A stretch of DNA of 64,000 nucleotides from Tubiluchus corallicola (GCA_030141605.1 JAQGDQ010000431.1:1-64000); one strand, 5' to 3'. Shown: positions 30,187-42,470, counted from the stretch's first letter. Translations and numbers: made by a program. Notes: generated by a model from the sequence alone, not told the origin.

Positions 30187-31245
30187 GGTAATAAAGTAAC
30201 AGAAAAAAAGTCACAGAAAAACGTCACAGAAAAGTCACTGAAAAAGTCACAGGAAAAAGATCACTGGAAAAACGTCACAGAAAAAAGTCACAGAAAAAGT
30301 CACAGAAAAAAGTTAGAGAAAAAAGTCACAGGAAAAAAGTCACAGAAAAAGTCACAGGAAAAAAGTCGCAGAAAAATGTCACAGACAAAAGTCACAGAAA
30401 AAAGTCAGGTGAAAAAAGTTAAGGAAAAAGTCACAGAAAAAAGTCACAAGAAAAAAGTCACACAAAAAAGTCACAAGAAAAAACTCACAGAAAAAGTCAC
30501 AAGAAAAAAGTCACAGAAAAAAGTCTCAAGAAAAAAGTCACAATTTTGGCTGGGAAAGAAAGTCATGTTATCAAACAAAAGTATTCAAGTCAGTCACAAT
30601 TTATTTATGCACTATAAACAACTACAATAATAAAACAGAAAATATTTCAAATAAGTTATTAACTAGAAATACATGACTTATACATATTGACAACGCCATT
30701 CATATGCGATGGTATTACATGTATGAAAAAATCCTGTTTTATTCAATGTCTTAGTGTTAGGGGTAGGGGTAGGGTCAGAGTTGGGGTTACGTGTAGTTTT
30801 AGGGTTAGAGTTATAGGTAGGGATAGTTAGGGTTATGGTTATTACTTTGGCTAAAGTTTACAATTACCCACGCACAAGAAATTAGTTCGTGAAGCGGGTT
30901 AGGATTAGGACTTGGTTAGGGTTAGTTGTAGAGTTAGAGGTAGGGTTAGGGTTAGGGTTACAGTTAGGGTTAGTTGTAGAGTTAGAAGTAGGGTTAGTGT
31001 TAGGGTTAGGGTTATTTACAATTCCAATAATGAAGTTCATGAAGCGGATTGGGGTCAGGATTAGGATTAGGGTATTTAAATTGTGTGGGGAATTGCAAAC
31101 TCCTTCCATTTCCTTTTTACTGCGACTTTTTTCCTGCAATTTTTTTGTGTGTCCTTTTTACCTGTGGCTTTTTCACCTGTGCCTTTTTAACCGATGTCGT
31201 TTTCACCTGCGGCTTTTTTTACCAGTGACTTTATTACTTGGATTG
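30187..31245. mobile_element. Non-autonomous DNA element with AAAAAGTCACAG subterminal arrays and an internal telomere-like TTAGGG tract
   Basis: Left GGTAATAAAGTAAC plus a tandem AAAAAGTCACAG array (30200-30545). Degenerate (TTAGGG)n at 30760-31075. Inverted GACTTTTTT-like units, then GTGACTTTATTAC at the right end. GAATAAAC occurs on both flanks (30179-30186, 31246-31253). Confidence 0.7.
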
Positions 31246-31586
31246 GAATAAACATGTTTATTGCATACCTGACACACTTTTCAAGGAATAATCTTCACGG
31301 CTAATTTAATTGGTTTGAGAAAACTTGAAAACTGAAAAATGATTTCAGTGAGTTCATCTCTGAAAGCTCGACTTATTCAGTTTTATCAAATTGTCGCAGC
31401 CTCGCAAACGCAATAATATGACGCACGCCACTTTTCAGTAAAACGTCATTCAACACTTATCATGAATAATCAGTGAAAAATTCTGTTCCAACTTCCCTTT
31501 TTGTTACTGGTGACATTGAATCTTTTCAAGGCGTTTTAGCTTCGAGTCACTGCACCATTGAAACTCGTATTAAGGGAAAGACATTC

Positions 31587-32124
31587 TTAAAGGAAAGTCC
31601 AAGCCTTCTAGGAAGTCAGGCTTATTTCAATGAAAAATGTTAAAATGATTTAGTAATAAAATTGTAATAAGCACCTCGTGTAATTAGTAAAATCAATTTA
31701 AAGTCGCGATCTCTTCATGCTTGGGCGCTCCTATTTTAATGCCCATTGTTCCACAAATGACGTCATTTGTCCTGAAGAAAAGTAGCGCACAGTCAATCTT
31801 AATTAAAAGTATAATGTTTTTATTATACAAAAACAGATAGCTAATTTTGTAATATTTTTGCGTGAATATTAGGTAAGCTGCAGAAGTTTGAATTAGTTTA
31901 AGCAGCTCTTGCTTACGAAAAGTCACGAAGTCGCCCAGTGACGTCATGACTATCAAGTGAGTGGCGGCAACCACCAAGCCTGAAAATTTCTACTCAGAAG
32001 TAGTGTGTTTTAAATTTATGCTTTATAGGCAGTTCATTGCAAATTTCTTTGCTATATTTTTCTAAGTTTAAGTGATAACAGTAAAATAAAGTCACCATAC
32101 TGAGTGACCTGTTCTTTCCTTTAA
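31587..32124 (+). mobile_element. TTAA/Kolobok(T2)-type MITE family B1, complete
   Basis: TTAA|AGGAAAG ... CTTTCCT|TTAA. A TTAA TSD with AGGRR termini is the T2-MITE/Kolobok signature. Confidence 0.9.
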
Positions 32125-32499
32125 CACAACTGAGTTCAATCATCATTATTAGCTGGATCTTCCTAAGTTTATCAGTCAGTTTTGCTGCTACACGTCAGAC
32201 GTCAAGCCAAGATTTTTAAGAAATATAATCTCGTCACCTCAAACTTATTAACTGCTAAGCTGAAGCAGTTACTAGCCATTAATGAAAAACATTTGGTTGT
32301 GTAAAATGAGTTGAGGCACGTTTTAAAAGCTGATTAAGACTCGTGGATTAAATCTTATATTTCTTTGCTCATTTAAAGGAAAGTGTGAGACTTTCACTAC
32401 TAACGGCTCTATAGGTTTAGACCTTTCAGAATCTATGTTCGCATCAAAAGCAGTTTGTTCTTTTCACTATAACTTTCTATAGCAACAATTAACAACCTA

Positions 32500-33128
32500 T
32501 GGTGGTGGTGATGATAGTGGTGGTGGTGGTAGTGGTGGTGGTGTTGGTGGTGGTGGTGGTGGTGATGATAGTGGTGGTGATGATGATGGTGATGATGATA
32601 TGTGGTGATGATGATAGTGGTGGTGATGATGATGATGATGGTGATGATGTTGATGATGATAGTGGTGGTGATGATGATGATGATGATGATAGTGGTGGTG
32701 ATGATGATGATGATGATAGTGATGGTGATGATAGTGGTGTTGGTGGTGGTGGTGGTGGTGGTGATGATGGTGGTGATGGTGGTCGTGTTGGTGGTGGTGG
32801 TGGTGGTCGTGTTGGTGGTGGTGGTGGTGTTGGTGGTGGTAGTGGTGGTGGTGGTGGTGGTGGTGGTGGTGGGGGTGTCGGCAGCGGTGGCAGCGGTGGT
32901 GGTGGTGATGATGAAGAATAAGAATAAGATGATGATGATGATGATAATGCCGACGATGACTAAGACAATCAACAGCAATAATGACGTTATGACAACAGCA
33001 GCAACAGCAACAATAACAACAACAGCAGCAGCAGCAGCAGCAACAGAACAACAACAACTATAATGATGTTATGACAGCAGCAGCAACAGCAACAATAACA
33101 ACAATAACAACAACAGCAGCAGCAGCAG
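32500..33128. repeat. (GGT/GAT)n followed by (CAA/CAG)n trinucleotide tracts
   Basis: Visible in sequence; source of the poly-H/T/G/D ORFs. Confidence 0.95.
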
Positions 33129-33423
33129 GAATAAACTAAACATCTTAAAGTCAATGACTGAATCCTTTTTTCGAGTTGAGATTGTTAGTTATTTTTACAC
33201 CTGTATCAGAAGTCTGTTGCTACTGCGCAATGAAAGAAATGTAAACAGACGTTTCTAGGAATCATGTGACGCATATGAAGGTTGTACATTAACAGAAAAC
33301 CGCTAACTCATAATCTGTTTATCAGTTTATTTTTAACTTATCAGTGAGATGAAAGCATCATGTATTCCTAATTGCACGGGGGTCATAATGGTAGAAAATG
33401 TAAGACTTCCTCACTTATATCTG

Positions 33424-33979
33424 TTAAAGGAAAGAACAAGTCACTCGGTATGTTGGGTTTATTTTACTGTTATCACTTAAACTTAAAAAAATAAGATATA
33501 ACAAAGAAATTTGCAAAGAACTGCCTATAAAGCATAAATTTAAAATATACTACCTCTGAATAGAAATTTTTAGGCGTGGTGGTTGCCGCTATTCACTTGA
33601 AAAACATGACGTAACTGGGAGACTCCGTGACTTTTCGTAAGCGCGCGCTGCTTAAATTAATACAAACTTCTACAGCTTACCTAATGTTCATGCACAAATA
33701 TTACAAAATTAGCTATCTACTTTTTTGTAAAAACTTATTATGCGTTTGATGAAGATTGACAGTGCGCTACTTTTCTGCAGGACAAATGACGTCATTGGTG
33801 GAACAATGGGCATTGAAAATGTGAGCACCCAAGCATGAAGTGATCGCGACTTTAAAGTAATTTTACTAGTTACACGAGGTGCTTGTTGCAGTTTTATTAC
33901 TAAATCCTTCTAAATTTTTTTGCAAACATTGAAATAAGCCTAACTTTCTAGAATCTAGAAGATTTGATCTTTCCTTTAA
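33424..33979 (-). mobile_element. MITE family B1, complete, inverted relative to 31587-32124
   Basis: TTAA|AGGAAAGAACAAGTCACTC ... CTTTCCT|TTAA. Confidence 0.9.
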
Positions 33980-34315
33980 AACATGATTAAAAAACACTAC
34001 GGATGTCCTACAGCATAGTCTTGGAGATAAGGAGGCTGAAACGATAGTTGTAAAGTCCTCAGATACCTACTGCTCAACTCTGATACCTCAGATACCCCGG
34101 GTGGGGGTGGGGTGGGGGTTCATTGTAAAGTAGGTCCACCTTGAATGTGGTCGTTTGCACCAGAAATTCAATTAACACGTGATCTATCTCAAACTATTGT
34201 GTTTTGCAAGTCTACGGATATTTGTAGAAAAATACCACAATTTTGAAAATCCTACCTTATTTTGAAGTACAGCAAACGGTATAAACATGCTAACACATAT
34301 ATCGCATAATAATGA

Positions 34316-34844
34316 CAAGCGTTTCTGATAATTAAATAATAAATTAAAAACTTATTAAAGGTGGGCGTGCCCAACTATTGATGATATCACAAACGAACAT
34401 AATTTTCAACAGCAAAAATATTCCACGAGCGTGTTGCATGTGCTTGGGAATAAGAAAATTGAAGTACAGTGCTACTGTAAGATATTCAGTGTGTTGTACT
34501 AAAACTAGACAAGTTTTAAGATCAAATTTCAAATTTATCGCTGTGCTCACGCATGAGTTCACAAATGTGTGCGCTACCTCACAACTGAACACCACTGGAC
34601 TGAGAGGGGACAGCACCTGTTTTTTTTTGTACAACGCGTTTTCAAAATGTTGGCGTTAGTACCCGTCTAACTAACGAATGGCGTAATAGCGCGAAACTAG
34701 GCGTGCGAACCCGAAATAATATTTCTGTACTAATAATTCTTTCACGTAACTCATTCTTGAAAAAAATATTACGTTTCTTTTCAATATTTTATAGGGTAGA
34801 TTTTTCTGAACTACATTTTAAGACTGGGTCCGGTTTTCTTTTAA
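34316..34844 (+). mobile_element. MITE family B2, 5'-truncated
   Basis: Homology to 55430-56056; ends GGGTCCGGTTTTCTTTTAA. Confidence 0.82.
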
Positions 34845-35369
34845 ATACAATCTCGGTAATGCAATCGCCACGACCAGCTTCATATGTAATAGGCTTTCTC
34901 GATTATCCGCGAACCTTTTATCCGGAAACGGAAGCAAAGCTTGGCAAAATCCTTGCTTAGGCTTACGTGAACATAACAGTGGTAATCGGTTGCCATTTAT
35001 TAACTTTCTAAGCTAATTATTCAAATATAAGAAACAATTGCTAAATTTTATAGACAAGAAAATGTATATTTTGGACAATAAGTTAAAATGAGATTGAGTC
35101 TGAACAATCGTTCAGTTTTCCTGTAAGATAACATCCGTCAGCAAGACAAAGCAGACACTATTTCATTGTTTAATCCTAGATGTTAAGATTGTACGGTTCC
35201 ATAAATCGGTTACTTTAAAGATTTCCCATAATGCCACAGTATACGGAAGTGGTGTTGAGAAGCCATTTCATCCGATCATAATAATGTTCATCGTTTAACT
35301 TTCATCAATAATGATAATGATAATGATGATAATATTATTATTATTATTAATATTAATATTAATGATGAT

Positions 35370-35370
35370 G

Positions 35371-35438
<68 letters not shown>

Positions 35439-35575
35439 TTACTTCGATGAACGCGCGTGCTTGGTCAAAGAACCAGCGATACCATTTTTTAAGCCTTTAA
35501 TATAAATCACCCAGGAGTTGAACCCGCGACCTCCCGGATTGGATGCGAAACGCTATCATTGAGCTATACCATCTC
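35370..35575 (-). mobile_element. tRNA-derived SINE, V-domain-like, with a (TTA)n tail
   Basis: Minus strand: A-box TAGCTCAATGATAG, B-box GGGTTCAACTCC, then AAAGGCTTAAAAAATGGTATC (V-like), then a TTA tail. Confidence 0.7.
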
Positions 35576-35799
35576 AAGAGATAAATCAAGCGCTATGGAT
35601 AATTTTTGCCTAATGTGGAAGTGCAGATGGGGACATATTTTTATTTTTGTTACCACAAATATAATTCTAGACACAACAGGAAAAATCTCTAAACAATTTG
35701 TCTTAATTAAGTCTAAAGTTATGGATAATACATTATAATTAACGAGATGTTTGAGGGTTTTAATTGATTTTAGATTGTGATGTTATTGTGTATGTTTTT

Positions 35800-36352
35800 T
35801 TCAAATATCTTTGTATCATTTAAATTTGTATTATATAATTGTATGTATTGTTTGGTGTTTGATATCGTTTGTAATACGTGGATTAGTTTTATATTGAAAT
35901 GTTTGTATTTGATGTCATTGGAATTGGTATTTGTTTTTAACAAAATTTGTTTTGTTTTGGAGTTTGTATTATATAATTGTATGTATTGTTTGATGTTTGA
36001 TATAGTTTGAAATACGTGGATTAGTTTTATTTTGAAATGTTTGTATTTTATGTCACTTGTATTGGTATTTGTTTTTAACAAAATTTGTTTGGTTTTGGAA
36101 TTTGTATCATACAATTGTATGTATTGTTTGGTGTTTGATATAGTTTGAAATACGTGGATTAATTTTATGTTGAAATATTTGTATTTGATGTCAGTTGTAT
36201 TGGTATTTGTTTTTAACAAAATTTGTTTTGTTTTGGAATTTGTATCATACAATTGTATGTATTGTTTGGTGTTTGATATAGTTTGAAATACGTGGATTAA
36301 TTTTATTTTGAAATGTTTGTATTTGATGTCATTTGTATTGGTATTTGTCTTT
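35800..36352. repeat. 138-bp tandem repeat, 4 copies, intronic next to the GPCR exon
   Basis: TTTGTAT(T/C)ATA(T/C)AATTGTATGTATTG recurs at about 35825, 35963, 36101 and 36239. Confidence 0.92.
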
Positions 36353-36479
36353 AACGCTATTGCATAGAGCAGTTTTTTAACTGGTTATACATTATTATTT
36401 TTCTTGTGCATATGATACTTGTGTATGTGTAAAAATGGCAATAAAGAATTTTATATATAATTTACATAACTGTACTCAC

Positions 36480-36783
36480 CTAAGAGCAGTATAAGTATAT
36501 CAGAAATAGCCAGGCTAAACAGGTAAGCATTTGTTGCTGTATGCATGTGTTGATTCTTGGAAATCACAATACAAGTGGACACGTTCCCGAAGATTCCAGA
36601 CAGAAAAATGATGATGTAAGCGATCGTCATGGGTACCACTGTCGTCAGAGCCATGTGCTGCTCCCCCAACATGCATTCGATGAAATCTTCCTCTCCCATC
36701 AGCGTGTAGTTACATCCTTCCGGTAGCGTAGCGTTCGTAGTAACACTCATTAATTGATTCTCAAATTCCATTTCCGCTTCCAT
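36480..36783 (-). CDS. First coding exon (N-terminus, TM1, TM2) of a rhodopsin-class neuropeptide GPCR, PRXamide (capa/pyrokinin/neuromedin-U) receptor-like
   Basis: LGEQHMALTTVVPMTIAYIIIFLSGIFGNVSTCIVISKNQHMHTATNAYLFSLAISDILILLLG contains the TM1 GN, the MHTATN motif and the TM2 LAxSD. N-glycosylation sequons NAT and NYT. Kozak-like CACCATGG. Phase-1 donor G|GTGAGT at 36480/36479. Upstream acceptor TTTTACAG|G gives an exon start at 36962. Confidence 0.93.
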
Positions 36784-36994
36784 GGTGTTGGGATAATTTT
36801 TTTGTTCACTTTGTAGGTACTAAACAGTAATTAGATTTAAAGCATTTCTCTAAAAATCGTTGCCACGGCTTCAACTGGTTTAAGTATATGAGTTGGGTTG
36901 CCTGTCATTTAATGAAGCCTTTCAACACCAACACACGTCACTCCATCTAATCAAATCAGAACCTGTAAAATAACTAATAAAGATTAGAGAATAT

Positions 36995-37345
36995 CTGTTA
37001 AATACATAATTAATGCATAATTTACTGTATCAATTTCTTTTCTACAGGTTAATCATTACCTATTTGGCTTATGCTAAATACATAATTAGTGCATAATTTA
37101 GTGTATCAATTTCTTTTTTACTGGTCTGCTTAATCATTACCTATTTGGCTTCTGTTAAATACACAATTAGTGCATAATATTCTATACTGTAGGCTCTGCC
37201 TATATAAACAGGTTGTATGTTTGTAAAATTTGCCACTGGTGATGTAGTAGCAGTAGCACTGTCGAAACGTTTGACATGATTTTTTAACTATGTAAATTAA
37301 CATTTTTAATAAAGTTGTGGTGTTTTAACTATAAATGTATCTAAA
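36995..37345 (+). mobile_element. Penelope-type pLTR-like remnant (~85-bp tandem units, TATA-like site, degenerate hammerhead core)
   Basis: Homologous to 60215-60600. TATATAAAC at 37201; TGCCA-CTGGTGA...GTC-GAAA-CGTT-TGACA; AATAAA downstream. Confidence 0.6.
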
Positions 37346-38037
37346 TGTATTTAACTATAAGTATCTGTAATATAAAAAAGATTAGTACTGGGAAACCGGT
37401 CGTTACTGCTTTTTGCAAATTTATTTTTATTATTTTTTTCTCTATGGAAAGTGATAAAAATACAGTAAGTACTAGAAAATTATTTATAAAACTATAAACT
37501 TACAATTTATAGAAAAAATAAGAAGAGAATTTAGTTAAAATATTTACAAAAATGACAAACATTAAAAATACATGAAAATTACATTCCAACGGATAAGAAT
37601 TTTGAAGCATATGAAAACATCACCATTGTAAATCATGATTTTAATAAACCATTACAAGAGTTTAAAACATGGTATCTAAGATTACATGTTCATTGAACAC
37701 CTTGAAAACGGAAGGCAGACAACTTTTCCTTTACAGAGAACTTGGTTTGATTGAAAAAACAAAACGCGTGGCTACTGTTACTTGCGTCGTGTATTTATTT
37801 GATTCTAAGTGGCCTATTTCCGTACTCCTGAGAAATTACATTAAAATAATGATTATACGGAGAGTACAAACTTCAGTCTGGAAAGAATCTTTGAAAATTA
37901 CCCCAACATTAGAGCTGTTACACATTAAATTATCCTGGTGGTGAAAAAACAGGAAATTGAACTACTTTCAAGGCCTGTACTATTCCGCGGCCAATATGAC
38001 TCAGCAAAATAAGAGCACGCCGGCAGACAGGCTCTAA

Positions 38038-39150
38038 CTTGCTTGCTTGCTTACTGCTTGCTTGCTTGCTTACTGCTTGCTTGCTTGCTTACTTGCTTAC
38101 TTGCTTACTTACTCACTTACTTGCTTAAGGTTTTCTAATTGGAAAAATGCCAATCAATACAGTTATTTTTGCTAATACGCGCATCATGCATATCTACTTA
38201 CTTTAAGATTGCTGAAACGATTTTAATTAGGCGTGTAATTACGGAATAATTCGCTAACTGCACAAAATAATCAGCAATAATTCTTTTCAACGCCACCAGG
38301 CGACAGCAGTAGAGATTATAAACAACTGTTAGCCATTGTCACACAATACACTGATTTGCTTTAAAACAAACACGTCTGTTTTTTTACTATAACTACAGTA
38401 ACTCTCCCAGTTCTTTTTGCACTTGAAACCCGGAACCGGAACTTTTATAGCAACCCATTAGCCTGTATGAGCAAATAAGGTGGGAGTTGTACTTCAATGC
38501 AAGTGGCTTCAAGCACCCGTAACCCTGTATAGCTTCAATTGCTTGCTTAATGAGGTGTAATATGTAGCTTGGTAACAATTTGCCTCTGATTACATGGTAG
38601 GGTTTGTCAAATGAAGTAGGTTGGATCTCTTTATTATACATTCCGGTTTACTTGCTGTATTGAAACTACTTAGGCTCTAGAGCTAAGCCACAGTTCATTC
38701 ACTCATTCGTTCATTTACCAATTCATTAGTTAAATCATTCATTCATTCCCTCATTCATTTATTTATTCATTCATTCATTCATTCGTTCACTCATTCACAT
38801 TCCTTCGTTCGTTCGTTCATTCGTTCGTTCGTTCGTTCGTTTGTTCATTCATTCACATTCGTTCGTTCGTTCGTTCGTTCGTTCGTTCGTTCGTTCGTTC
38901 GTTCGTTCGTTCATTCATTCATTTATTCATTCATTCACATTCCTTCGTTCGTTCGTTCGTTCATTCGTTTGTTCATTCGTTGATTCATTTGTTTATTCAT
39001 TTGTGCATTCGTCCGTTTATTCATTTAATCACTCATTCATTCTTTCAGTTCTTCGTTTGCTCGCTCGCCCATTCGTTTATTCATTGCTTCGCTCGATCTC
39101 TCATGCATTTGCTCATTCGTTCGTTTTCTCGTTCGTTCGATCGATCACTC
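38038..39150. repeat. (GCTT/ACTT)n at 38038-38126 and (TTCA/TTCG)n at 38693-39150
   Basis: Visible in sequence. Confidence 0.9.
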
Positions 39151-39250
39151 CGTCCTTTCTTTACACTGCGTGTGAATGATTTCTACACGTCTCTATAAAT
39201 TTCGTCTCGCCCGTTTCTTTCAATTCAAGTTATTTTCGATCAGTTTCCAC

Positions 39251-39896
39251 TAAACAGCAAAAGAAAACCCTTCACTTACATAAAACTTAAAAAATTCGTC
39301 TTGAAATTTTATACCACTTACATACTGCGTTTTTGTATGCAGGGCTAGCGTCAACAGTAACGCTATATAAAACTTGTAAATTTAAACTCCCACAATGACC
39401 ATTTTGACGATGTCATTTGAAGCAAGTTTGGATAACATTCTGTAAAGCATTCGTAGCGCACACATCACTAACTAAGTAAAATTTTAAATTACTGTGTCTT
39501 GTATGTAAGAATAAAAATATGTTTTCGGCTAGTGAGTGGTGCACCCTGGAGGGTGAGTCAGCGAAATTTTACCAATTGGTGGAAGCATTTTAAATAATTA
39601 ATAATTTTCTTTTCTAGTTACGTAAGTCTTTCAATCAGGTAAGCGAAATGCTAAGCAATGTAGATTTGCATGGAAAGTTTTTTGGGATATAGTTTAACAT
39701 TTCCCTTTTCCTCTGATTTACGTTGTGCGTATATGACGTCATGTAATGGCGCGATAGCAACAGTATTGCGGGAGATTTAAAATGAAAACAAATAAAAAAT
39801 CCTTTCAACGCGAGTACGATATGTGCATAAAATTGCTTTAAAGTAACAATTTTTTAAGGCGATTTTGCTGACACCTACTTCAGGTACCCCTTTAAA
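39251..39896 (-). mobile_element. MITE family B4
   Basis: Reverse complement of 27934-28610; ends CCTACTTCAGGTACCCCTTTAAA. Confidence 0.82.
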
Positions 39897-39949
39897 CCTA
39901 GATCAATTCTAACGATTTCGAAAACCATAATGAGGTCAGCTGTAAGCCT

Positions 39950-40870
39950 TCTAAGATCTAGTATGTCTACACTGACTATACGTCCCTTGTATAGGCAACA
40001 CGTTCTTCAAGAACTGTCAAGCAACTTACGTGTCGCGGACTGTTGCAAGTCTAAAGCAGTCGCGATTTCAAATACTTGTCGAAGCCGCATTCATAAGTAG
40101 TTTTGACCTTGTAAAGGTAACATGGCATACGTGAGCTTAAATTTGTACCTTCCCTATTTTTAGATATAATGAATATCGAATGTTATAAGAGCCTTCTACC
40201 AAACTAATTCATTGGTAGATACTGTAGATACTATGTCGTAGAGAACACTCTCTTTACCTCCGTTTACACCGCTTAATTATAGATTATTATCTTGATTAGT
40301 TTATATAGATAATTGCACAGTTTAATATTGTTTATTTGTTTGCAACTTATTCCTTTAAACCTAGATCAATTCTAACGAATTTGAAGACCATATTGAGGTC
40401 AAATCACAGGTTTCAACTTCCAGATTATGCATCTGATGCTAATTACACAGACTCAACTTTCATCTACCCCCGCCTCTGACTCCATAAAACGATTAAGAAT
40501 GTAAAATTTTTAAAAAATTATGTAATGTAATACGTGTTATGTTAGTTTTTTAATGTCAAATGTATAAATAGTGTAAATGTAATGAGTAATGAGTAAAATT
40601 TATGTAATGTAAAGCATGTTTCTGTTAATTGTGTCATATCAAATGTATATATAGTATAAATACGTCATGTAAAATTTAATGTATTTTTGTAATATTGTTT
40701 TGTAAAAATATTTTAATATGGTGTTTGTAAATATGTCCATTTATTTAGACCTTAGTTTCTTTTTAGTATGCACTGGACGCATTTGTCTTGAACAGTGTTG
40801 TTATCTTAACATTACACTGAGGCTTACTCAATTTTATTATAATAAGTGAACCATTTTAATGACAAATAAA
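39950..40870 (+). pseudogene. Heavily decayed CR1/L2-like LINE 3' end (ORF2 C-terminus plus AT-rich 3' UTR)
   Basis: Broken frames read FKY..VVLTL, NIE, and MS*RTLSLPPFTPLNYR, resembling the CR1 consensus LSYEERL..L.L.PLEYRR. Many stops and frameshifts. Confidence 0.35.
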
Positions 40871-41944
40871 GAATTAACAATAATAAAAAATACCCCTCCA
40901 TATTCAAGAGATTTTCGATCAGTTTTCACTATCTTAACAGCACTAGATTTGTTCCCGACTGTTTACCAACAGAAATTAACAGAGTCAGTTAGTATCTCAA
41001 TAAAGCCGGGGAACCGTACTCGTTTATGGACCTCTCCAATGTGTTTCTAATTTGAACTATTTTAAATGCGTCAAAATATTCAGCCAATTTCAGGATTTAG
41101 CGGCTGCTCCTGGCGGGGAATCTCCTACTCAAGAAACAGAGTTGAAGAAGCTCATAAAACTTTCTATTCCTACTAACTGACAATCGCATTCCGACCTGAC
41201 GAAGCCATACCAGCGACCTGGCGGCATTCGCGTGGGAGTGTTTGATGAAGCCAAGTCGAAGTTCTAGGTGGGTGGCTCCGCCGTGGATCAACCACAGGTG
41301 TATGGTTGTTACCACATAGTCAAACCTGGTCACCAGATGGCGCCCGATTTCCCGTCACGATTGATACTTACAAGAGCTGCAGCATCCAGAGGGCGTGTCA
41401 ATGATGAAGCCAACAGCGCTGAAGCCAACGATGAAGCATCAAGGATGTTGGTACAGCTGGAGCCCCGGAGAAACGGGTCACTGTTAAAAACCGAAGCGTC
41501 TTCGAGTGTGTCAAGTACCGAATATGCTAATACCCATTTTTTAGGATAAACTACTCAGTTGAAAAAATAAGTAGACTACTCAATTTGAGTTTTAAATAAA
41601 TATTAGTTTTAACAAAATAAAAGAATATACTTCTGGGTCGATGAAAATAGCCGAATGGCAGCGGTGTGCACTTAGCAGCCGAAATTAAGCAATGCTGAGG
41701 CTGGTTAGTGATTGGTAATATTTGTCCGTGCGGTTTCATTTCTTATCGAGAGAATTTACTTGCAAGGTATCCAAGCATGGTTAGGACACCGGTGCTAGTT
41801 CTGTCCCCCAGCAAATGCACGTTAGTTATGCTCTGCCGCTGATAGCTGGGGAGATTCCATTGAGTGTTGAAGGGTCCCCTATTGAGAACTGGAGTCTTTA
41901 TTGAGTAGTGGAGCGCCCCCTACGAATGCTGAAAGGAGCCCCCA

Positions 41945-42470
41945 TCAATATGGATAAACTAAGCTGTAATAGATTTTCATCAAAGTTTCTCTGTTAACAA
42001 ACTTATGTAATTTATACATGATTCCTAAAGTTTTACTCAGTTTATGCTTTACTATGCTTATTTGATACTTCCAGTCTAGGTGTTCATCAAAAGTATTCCC
42101 AAGTATTTAACATGTGACTTTTTTCTACAAGATATTACTAAGAACAATGGATATATTTCTTGATGTTGTTCTCCCTCCTTTTTTCAGCAGCATAAAGTTT
42201 GATTTATTAATATTCGACAAAAGCTTAATTGCGTTCAGCCATTCTGTCATTTTATTTAACTGATTATTCATAGCACTCTCGAACTTTTCCATACTAAGAA
42301 TCACATAAAAAATATGTGAATCATCTGCAAAAGGTCTGTAAATTAAATTTGAACAACTTAGTGGCTTATAGTTTATGTGTAGAAGAAATAATAGTGGTCC
42401 TAAGGTGGAACCTTGGGGAATACCATATTTAATTGGAAGTGTATTGGATTTGCATTCATTTCATTCAACA
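41945..42470 (-). pseudogene. CR1/L2-group LINE reverse transcriptase fragment
   Basis: Minus strand reads YGIPQGSTLGPLLFLLHIN, FADDSHIF, EWLNAIKL..NINKSNFM, VKYLG, and DEHLDWKYQISIVKHKLSKTLGIMYKL..MKIYYSLVYPY, with frameshifts. Confidence 0.9.

Noticed and set aside
30760-31075. True telomere or chromosome-fusion scar
   Set aside because: Short, degenerate, single orientation, and internal to a TSD-flanked element.
32433-33063. Poly-His, poly-Thr and poly-Gly ORFs
   Set aside because: Trinucleotide microsatellite translations.
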